Positions 54,621-64,000 of a stretch of 64,000 nucleotides of DNA are shown here, one piece after another. Every line of letters begins with the position of its first letter. The first letter of the stretch is position 1. The DNA lies in NCBI RefSeq assembly GCF_009914755.1, contig NC_060925.1. One strand, 5' to 3'. This stretch comes from the human T2T-CHM13v2.0 reference genome, Homo sapiens. A program made the position numbers and the translations under genes. The notes under the pieces were generated by a model. The model had not been told where the DNA came from, did no database searches, and saw nothing but the letters and a program-made list of their open reading frames with translations.

Positions 54621-56472
54621 TTTCCTTTTAAAGCCCAGACAGCCCTGTCAGAAATCAAATTCAGAAATCCCAAGGCCATTCACCTTACAGGACCTAGGCC
54701 CTGTCAAGTTGGCTTTAGAAAATATTTTTTGATGCCATTCCTCTTTCCTTTTTTTTTTTAAGAAATACTTTAACAGGCCTTTTGGATTACGAGATTTCTA
54801 ACCAGAGCTACCTTTGGGCAATTCAGCTGTGAACTTGAGGCAGATGGGGGTGGGTTGGGGAGACAGGGAAGTGGTAATGAGGAGGAAGATTCTTTTCCGG
54901 GCATTGTCCTTGTTAACAGGAACTTCAGGAACAAAGACAATCCTGTAATGGCTCCAAAAAAATTCGGCCAAAACTTTAGTTAGCGCCTAACTGTTAAGGC
55001 CTTGCTGGACACGCTCACTGATGTCTGGAGAACAAGGTCAGAGTGTGTTGAGGTTAACAGTGGGGAGTTCTTGTGTCTCGTTCTGTGCTTACATTATCCC
55101 ATGGCTCTGTGAGGCGGACCCATCACCTGGGCAGGAAGAGCTTTGAGGTCACACCTGATTGTCCTTGGCCATGGCTCATCCACGAGGACCGTCAGAGGCT
55201 TTAGCTCCACTGCCGGATTTTTCTCCAATGGAACATCTGTGGCTAAGTAGGTGGTTGAGTTTCAGCGAATCCCTGAAGCTCAGCCTGGAGGGTGACTCAG
55301 TGCAGGAGGCAAATGGTGCCCACCAGCTCTGATTGGAGTGAGTTTGTTTGGCCTGAGTCACACACAGAGTCGTGTGTCAGCTGTTTGTGAGTTGATTGGA
55401 GTTCTTTAGCAGGACTCGTGAGCAGGAATGGCCTGAGCCCAAGTGTTTTGGGCAGAGGTGGGCAAGTCCTCTGAAGGAGCTAAGCAGAGCTCTGGCTGTT
55501 GAGCAAGGGTCCTGGAGCTCTGACTCCTTGGGAAGGTGAGCAGGGCCAGGCTGGGCTGGGCAGGGAGATGGGGAGAGGTGAAGGGGAGGGTAAGGAAAGG
55601 CTCTGTGATTGTGGTCAGAACTGGGCCCAGTGTTCTGCCATGTGCCAGTGGGGTGACCTTGGGCAAGTCAATTCACCTCGGGAGTCTCAGAGTTTCCTCA
55701 GTTGTAAAACAGGGATGCCTATGATATTATTTCTGCAGGCTTATTTTGAGCCAGGTGCTAGACACAGCAGGTGCTCATTAGATGTTAGTTCCCCATCCCT
55801 TCCCTTATGGGCCTTAACCAGAGGCAATTCTTTCTCTCATTGCTTCTGCTCCATCATGAAAGGGGTTGTGGGGACACATGAAGGTTCGGTGCTTCCCATG
55901 TGATTAAGAAGGACCTGTAACTCAGCTTCACATAGACCTGTTTCCAACCCTCAAGTCTCCCCATGAGACCCTAAATTGGGAAGCCTGCTTAAGAGCAGGA
56001 TTAGTGTTGGGGTAGGGGTGGGGTTCAGCTGTGCTGGGTCTGCTGGCTGCCCTTGGCCACCTGCAACAGCTCTGGGGTGACTCCAGCACCACAGACCTTG
56101 ACTCCTTGGGGTTGTTTCTGACTGTAGCCTGGTCCCAAGCTGCAGCACGTGCTGGGTGGACTTCAGGGGTCACTTCTCTTTGTTCAGGTCTTACCATCCT
56201 CCTCCCCACCCATTCTATCCATAATAGAATTGAAAGTTACAAGAGAACTGTTCAGGAGAGCTGAGACTGGCCTCTCCTGGAAAGGAAAGTGAGGTGTGTG
56301 ATTCCTGTTTTCCTGAAGGACCCTGGGCCCCTAGTTTTCTCCGTCTATAAAATGTCCAGATTTGGTGCTGAGCTAAGATGTGTGTGCCTTAAGAGTGAAG
56401 GAAATAAGGGGATCCCCAGTGCAGCAAGAAAGAAGCCATGCTGGCTCAGGGGACTCCAATCTGCTACTGGAA

Positions 56473-56473
<1 letters not shown>

Positions 56474-56505
<32 letters not shown>
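56474..56505. repeat. (TG)16 microsatellite
   Basis: Read directly. Confidence 0.95.
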
Positions 56506-56506
<1 letters not shown>

Positions 56507-59046
56507 ATTGCATTCACCATTCATTCTGTAGCCAATGCCCTCCCCATTGGATCCAGGAGCAAATTCCAAGGATGGCAGAAACAGAGATGAGAAGATTCCA
56601 GAGAAACAGGTTCCTTCTGCCTGTGTACCCTCCCTTCCTTTATACTCCTTTTCTGTCCAGGTTTGCTGCAGCAGGACAATTCATCATTAATCCCTTTAAA
56701 GCTGCTAAGATAAGCAGCAGAATAGTTTAAGGGGAAGATGGATTTAAGCTTTTTTGCTAGAACTAGCTCTGAGTTATCACTTGCTCCCAGGCTGAGCTAC
56801 AAGAAGTCCTCACAGCCAAACATCTGGAGCACCAGGATGGGGGAAAAAAAACCTGTCACCTCAGCCCCTGTGTTTCCCTCCCCTGAATGATGTTGCTGGC
56901 TGCCAGAGGTCAGAAGCACAGAGCCATAGGTAGATGTGATTGCTAGAGCAGTATCCCAAACTCAAGTGGGGCAGTGATATGTAAGGAAATGCCTACTTTG
57001 CATGCTTTTAGGAGGGGTGAGTGCTGTTCTGGATTCCAGTGGCTCACACTGTGCTTGGCACAAATTGATAATATCCAGTTGCTTATTGAGGCTTCTGTGC
57101 TGTGCTAAGTGCTTTATTCCCAGACCATCTCATTTAATCTTCACCACAATCCCAGGAGACAGATATTGCTATCTCCAGTTTACAGATTGTAAAATTTAAG
57201 GTTCAGAGAGGTTAAATAATTTGTTCAAGGTCACACAGGTGAGTGGCAACTAGAGAATTGGAACTCTATCAGTCCAAACTTCATGTTCCTAACCTCTATG
57301 TGATACTTTTCCGCAATACATTCTTAATAAATGCTGACAACCTAGGCATTTACCCAAACAAGATTGTCTAGAGCTGTGGGTCCAGTTTTTTTAAGTTAGT
57401 GCCCCGGGAAAAGGGGAAATCGGCCTGTACTAATTGGAAATTGGTGGAAAACAAACATAACCAAACGTCCAAGGTTTGGGGAACATGGTATTTGGCTCCA
57501 GGTGGGTTGAAATACAGAAAAAGATCCCAGGCTTCATCTTGGTGCTTTCTTGTCCTTTCCCTGCCCTTCTCTTCCTGACCTCTACTGCCCTTGACCTCAT
57601 TCCCTTAAAATCTGTCTAAGCTAGGGGTTCGTGTGTAGAGCAGTGAGAGGAGTCAGAGCCGGTGGATGTTGCCCTGAGAATTTCTGCATATGCAGAATCA
57701 AGGACGGCCACTTGCTGATGGGAGCTTGGTGGGTCAGATTTCTCTGCTGAAGAGTGTATGCCAGGGATTTGTAGCAGTTTCTGGTGAGGCCCCAGACCCC
57801 AGAGAAAACTACTAACACTTCAAGGTTATTTACAGCAGCTGCTGGCAGGGCTGCTTGGGGAGATTCCACTTGCTTCTTCCTGGTCTTTTCCCACAGAGAG
57901 CCCACTTTCTCCTCACTCCAAAACTCTGCCACACGTGTCCGTGGCCGTTCTGGGAAACATGGCACCTGATTCCTCCAGCTTCTCTGTCTCTTCTCTTTCT
58001 CTGAAAAATCGCCATCCCCAGAACAGGCCCATGCTGTCCTAGCCTGCCCATCATCTCCAAACCACCTGAGATCTCAGTGGGGAAGTTCCTGAAGGTGGAT
58101 AACTGAATGTAAGTATTAATGCTCCTCACTGGCAGTGGACGAAAAGGACTTCCCAGAAACCCTTGCTTCATAGGCAGCCATTTTGTGGAGATAAGTCCTT
58201 TGATAATTCTCTTTCTCTTCCTTCTCCTCCTCCCATGAGTGATTCTTAAAACATTGCTCATTTATGGGCAAATCCAGTTTTTTTTAAAAAATACATAGTT
58301 AGACGTTCAATATGTACAGAAAATTCACATGTAAGAACATAAGCTCAGATGCAATATGAATTACTGTATACACTTACTCTCATGTTCAGAACCAGGTATG
58401 TTTTGTTAGAGAATAATTCTGGGTCAGGTGAGTTCTAGGCTGCCTGAGTCCCTAACTAGGGAGTTGAGGCACAAAGCCCTGTCCAGTCTATGTCCTCTTG
58501 TGGAGTGGGAGTGAGGCACATATAGAGCAGAGGAGTGAGTACCCCAGCTCACAGGCCCTGGGGTCACCTCATTAGCTGCAGTTGTCCCACTGAGCTGCCA
58601 CTCTGCCTTCCCGAGCCTACCTAGCAGTTTATTTGAAGATAACAAGTTGCCTGTCACTGTACGCCATCATTTCTAATTAGTGGTTCAATTAGAATTTCTG
58701 CTGGATTCTGCATCCCACCAATTTACCACCTTCTATTTTGCTTGCAAGTGGAATTCACTGGTCCACACCCCAAAATTCTGCCAGTTACATTTTTCTTTAA
58801 TTATAAGACTCCTGGGTTCCTGAGGCTTTAAATCCCACACCAGCTCTAAATGGAGCAGAAGCAATGTTTGCTAAAACTACCTTGCAAGAGGAATGAATAG
58901 TCACTCGATAGGGTGGTTCCAGAATGTACTGCCAAGTGAGTATTCATTGAGGACATGGGTCTCCCTTCCTTTGCCCAGGTCTAAAGGAAGGAGAGCAGAT
59001 GTTCTGTACTGCGCAACCTGGGGCTGGCTCGCAGAATAGCCCGGTG

Positions 59047-59067
59047 GGCGCTGTCCATGGTCCTGCC
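59047..59067 (-). promoter_or_regulatory. RE1/NRSE (REST binding site) in SLC6A17 intron 1
   Basis: Minus strand reads GGCAGGACCATGGACAGCGCC versus consensus TTCAGCACCATGGACAGCGCC (18/21, right half perfect). Confidence 0.65.
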
Positions 59068-60241
59068 ACACCACTGGGGCCATCTGCCTGCTAGTAATTT
59101 GGGACTCCACATAACAGCTGAAAGGAATCTCCTTGACCAGTTCCCCAAATTGCTTTATATTGTGAGTTTTGGAAGAGAACTTGGTCAAGTGAGGAAGATC
59201 CTGCTCTCTGGGAGAAATGGTGGTAGATGAGCTCAGTCCACTGTTGACTTCCTGAATGTATCATTTTGCAAGGCTGCATGGTGCACTGCAGAACTTCCCA
59301 ACCAGTGCCACAGATGGGTAGCATGTGGCCCAGAAATAATGATGCCCTCATCCCTTGGAGTAGCCTGGGATGGCCTAGCATGGTGGCGCCTCCTCCGTGT
59401 ACCCCAGTGTGCCATGATAGTGTTATTTTCTGTGTCATGACATGCAAAAGATTGGAACATACCAGTATGTCAAAAAGAATATAGCTACAGTTTGGTAGAT
59501 GACAGTCTGAATCCCCGCTCTTCCATTTTATGGCTGGGTAATCTTGTACATGATAGAGGCTTCTTTGTCTTGAAGATAAGAATTGTATTTTATCGTAAGT
59601 TGTTGGGAGGATAAATAACACATGTAAGCACAGTGGGTCACCTGTGGCTTGTCCCAATAGGATGCTTTTCTGCCCAGCCCTCTACAAAGCTGCACTGGAG
59701 GCTGATGAGAAAAGAGACACAAACCCTTCTCATTTTCAGGAAAGAGACATCATGTTGGGACTGTAATTAAGGGTTTCTGATCACTATTCCTTCAAGAGCT
59801 CTTCAGCAGTCCGTTTGGTAACTCAGGTAATTGAACACCCTTGGTTCCCTCTGTCTCTTTCTAAGACAACAGAAAATAGTGGTTTTAAGAAAATCCAGGT
59901 CAGATTATTTTGGCAGATGCTGTGAGGACTCATCTGTCCCCATGGTGGTCCCCCCATGAATGAGGAAAGAAGGGAATGAGGCTTTCACTAGTTATTCCTG
60001 GACTTTTATTTGCACATCTGGTTTGTAAAATTTTTCTTTTTCCAAATTGGTATACTCTCACAGGTCCTTTATCTGTCTGAGACCTGGTGTGCCCTTCAGC
60101 ACCTCACGTCCTCATTTCCCTTTCTCTTCAAATCTCAAGTCTCATCCAACAGCCTGATCCATATCACCATCATCGCTTACCTACCCTCCCTGTTTCTTCA
60201 CTTGTCCTACCAGCAGCCATTGATCCCTATAAAAACAGTCA

Positions 60242-60582
<341 letters not shown>

Positions 60583-61755
60583 TTACTCCTCTGCTTGAAA
60601 ACCTCCAACAGCTTCCCATTAGCCTTGAAAGAAAACCCCAACTCCTTTCCATGCTCCTTGAGTCCTGCCTGTTCTGGACACTCACTGTCTTCCTAGCCCA
60701 GCACCTCCCACTCTTCCATTGTTCAGGGTGCTCTAGGCACATGGCCGTCTGTCTGTTCCTTGTACTCACCAGGCATGCAGGTCCTGCCTCAGGACATTTG
60801 CACTTTCTGTTCCCTCTGCTCTGAATGCTTTCCCAGGACATCCACATGGCCCACTCTCTCACTCCGTTGAAGTCTTTATGTCACCTTATCGGAGCATACG
60901 TCCTTACCCCCATCTCTGTTGTAGCATCCCTGCTGTGCTCCATCCCCTCATACTCTATATTGTATGTGTTTATTTGATATATATACTATCAGATATAGTG
61001 TATGTTTATATGTACACTATAAATTATATATTTGTCTGATTTCTATTTGTCCCTCTGCACTAGAAATAAATCCAATGGAGCAGGGACATTATTTGCTCTG
61101 TTCTCTGTTGTACTAGAACAGGGCCTAGAACATAATGTTCAGCAAATATTTGTTGAAAGAAGTAAAGGAAAAGAAGGAGGGAAAGAGATTTAAAAATATT
61201 TTAAATGCCATATTTTAAAATCCCATATTTCAGCAGTACCTCTAGTTCATAGAAGTCGCTGGGCTCTATTCTCCTTCCAGGCCAAAAGGGGAGTAGAAGT
61301 CGGAGAACTGAGCCCCAGTATCCCCTGTCAGCCCACTGTGTCCTTGGGCTTGCACGTGCATGTCCCACCCAGCTCCAGGGCGTTGTGGGATGTGGGTGAG
61401 TATGCCTTGATTCCTGGCTAAGCCCATTTCCCACATGTTCTCACATGAAGGTGGTAGCTGGCACTGGTTGATGGCATGCCCCTGAGGGCCTGGCCTGAGT
61501 TGAGCATAACTCTTTTGTTACCTCATTTTATACTCATGACAACCCTACGAGGTGTAGCATCCTTCATCCCTATCTTTTCAGGTCTAGAAGGTAAAACCAA
61601 GAGGGGTTATGTACTTTCCCAAAGACCAACATCTCATAAATGGCAGAGCAGGACTTTAGGTTTTCCTGGCTCTAAAACCCATGATAGCATTGAGGTTGAG
61701 AGTCAGGCTCCAGGGTCAGTCTGTCAGTGCAGATCCAGGGGCTTTGGATGACTTG

Positions 61756-61960
61756 CCTTATTTCATCAATTCCAAAATGTGTATTTTTGCACATTGCCAC
61801 ATCTTAAAATCAGGACATGACATGCAATCAATAGCTGTTTCAAAATGGCTGTGGGTCTATGGCAGCTCACCCTAGTTGGGTGGGAAACTTTGATGAACCC
61901 TTTCTGGTAAGTTCAAGAAAGTGCCAGCATCAAAGGATCCTAGATTCAATGAAATATAGG
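61756..61960. mobile_element. Tc2-family MITE (MER104/Kanga1-like) inside a MIR
   Basis: Imperfect terminal inverted repeats ccttatttcatcaattc ... gattcaatgaaatatagg. Confidence 0.55.
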
Positions 61961-64000
61961 TAATTATCCCTCTCAGCTTCCATGTCTTCATTTGTAAAAT
62001 GGGAGTAACAGTGGTATCTACCTGATATAATTACTGGCGGGATTAAAGGAGCTAATATCTGTTTGGTGCTCAGCATGGTGGTTGCCACAGAGATGGGACT
62101 CAAGAATTATGGCCTATGTGCTGTGTTGTCATTGTTATTATTACTACACCCCACTCTGCCTTCAGAAGTTCCCCCAGTGGATCCCTCAGCACCTGAATTC
62201 TAGTAAAGAGAGAATGCATGGGTTGGGGGGGTGCTTTCTGGGGCTGCCCTTGTTTACATGCACACAGAGCATGCGTTCTCCCACGTGAGATGGTAAAATG
62301 GAACCACAAGATCTGTTTGCACTGGCCACACCCACATTTTTCAGTGCCAGTTCCTCCCCCTCTGGACCATCTGCCCCCTTTCCTGCTTCCCTTCCTTCTT
62401 GACAAAGAAAACAAGATATTGACTCAAGAGAACAGACTCAGCAAATGCAACAGGAAAGTAAGAAAGGGCTGCAGAAGTTGCCACTGGCTCCTCAGCTGGA
62501 TTTCTTGTTTGGAATGGTCCCACAAGTCCCAAGCCATGCTGTGTGTCAGGACTGTGCCCACCCAAAGATGATTTCCCTGAGGTGAGGATGGATTCTGTCT
62601 ACAAAGTAGGGAAGGTACAGCACAAATACTGGCTCTTTTGAAAGTGGCCAAAAGTCACAAAGGGATGGCCAGGCTTCTTAGTGTATCCTGGCTTTCAAAC
62701 TGTCACTTGGGGCATCCTTGGGGCATGATATGGTCTTGGCATCAGAATATTGCATCAGAAAATGGAAAAAACTAGAAGTTGGAAAAACACATCGGACTCC
62801 AGGAACTTTGGGGTGTTCAAAAATGGATCAATTCATTTATGCACTCATTCAATTCCATCATATCATATTTATCATGCTCATATTATGATAAGATACCAGG
62901 ATTTGGCCTTGCAGAAGCAAAGATGGTGTCAATTGAGGTATGAAATGGAAGACCAAAACACAAACCCGACAAATCTGTGAAATGGAATAAAAAGAAATCA
63001 CCACTCTGTTCATTTGATTTTTCAATAAGCTTTTCTTTCTCTTTCTCCTTCCATCCATGTGGTAACCAGATGCAGCTGGTAGGTAAGCAGGCAAGCACTG
63101 CTCCTCATTTTACAGATGAATAAGAAACAAACTGGCTTCCAAGTCTTGGGGCTCTCCCCATGTGTGCTGCAGGGCTGCACTGGATTAGAGTCCCCCTGGC
63201 TGGGACATGCAGACTTCCGGTAGGTTCAAATGTCTCTCTAGTCACTGCTGTTAGTGTTTTACCCCGCCTCTTTGTTTCAAATGTGAGGCAGTAGTAAGAT
63301 TTCAACATGGCAAGCAGGTTGTTCTCAGAGGGTTGGAAGGCAGGGACCCTAGAACACCTGTAAATACCATGTTCTGCCCACAGAAATGTGTAGGATAATC
63401 TGTGTGTGCGAAGCACTGGTTGGGTAGGAAGCAGTGAAGGGTGGGCACAAAGCTGAATGCACCTTCGCTCCTGCCTCAAGGAGATTGCTGTTCAGAAAAG
63501 GGATCAGGCGTAACGACAACTAGTTGTACCAGACAGCCAAATAGTAAAATAGTGTAAAAGGGTGTTACAAGGAGTGTGCTGAGAAGGGCAGAGCGTTAAT
63601 GCTCACTCACAGACTCGCAGGAGTTGTCATAGAGGCGAGGCAGGGGACCTAGAAGGCTTCAGCTGTCAGGGGATGGGAAGTGGTTAGTCTAGAGTGAGTG
63701 GTGAGTGGGCTGGGAGGAAGTGGAAGCCGAGGCCCGGGAGATAGAGGGGGCCCAAATGCCTGGGAAAGGGCCTTGGGCTCCCTTCAGTAGGCAGTGGGAG
63801 TGGGGTGGCGTGGCATTTCTAGAAGATGCCACTGAAGGCAATGTGTAGGATGCCAGCGGGGAAAGTGAGCTGGGAGCCTGCTGTAGGCATCTAGCCAGAG
63901 AGCAGGCTTGAACTAGAGCAGAGGGGTGGGAAGAGGACAGAGCTGAGCACGCCTACAGGACTTGCAACACCTGGTGGGGGTGGAGGCAAGAGAGGTCAAG

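Noticed and set aside
56081-56101. Second RE1-like site ctccagcaccacagacc
   Set aside because: Right half-site is broken (three or more core mismatches).

Overview
Human (primate) genomic DNA, identified by dense Alu/MIR/L2/MaLR content and by the intronless UBL4B retrogene (CDS 10658-11182, +). From my knowledge of 1p13.3 gene order, the CpG island at ~53.3-54.6 kb with a perfect CAG|GTGAGT donor at 53837 is the non-coding first exon of the neuronal transporter SLC6A17; no SLC6A17 coding exon is visible, so this assignment rests on synteny. The most striking element is a ~5.06-kb interrupted (CAC/CCA)n = (TGG)n array at 18587-23650. It has a hidden nested higher-order duplication (~1.4-kb unit made of ~0.9 + ~0.45-kb sub-units). 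Its commonest variant unit, CCACCATCACCAC, matches the PRDM9-A hotspot 13-mer. It is preceded by a 7-E-box cluster and a strong splice acceptor, and one reading frame stays open across it. Other notable items: a hairpin/templated-insertion scar between two inverted Alu remnants (3.2-3.5 kb), a strong-Kozak uORF and CRE-like/CCAAT promoter for UBL4B, loss of the K48-equivalent in UBL4B, an orphan CpG island with a full CRE at 33.2 kb, an RFX X-box at 40.0 kb, an LTR41-like CTCF motif upstream of SLC6A17 and an RE1/REST site in its intron 1. Nearly all other ORFs in the track appear spurious. Repeat subfamily names come from recognising consensus segments by eye and their boundaries are approximate. 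I found no evidence for a new multi-gene system; the array-centred locus is the best candidate for something undescribed.
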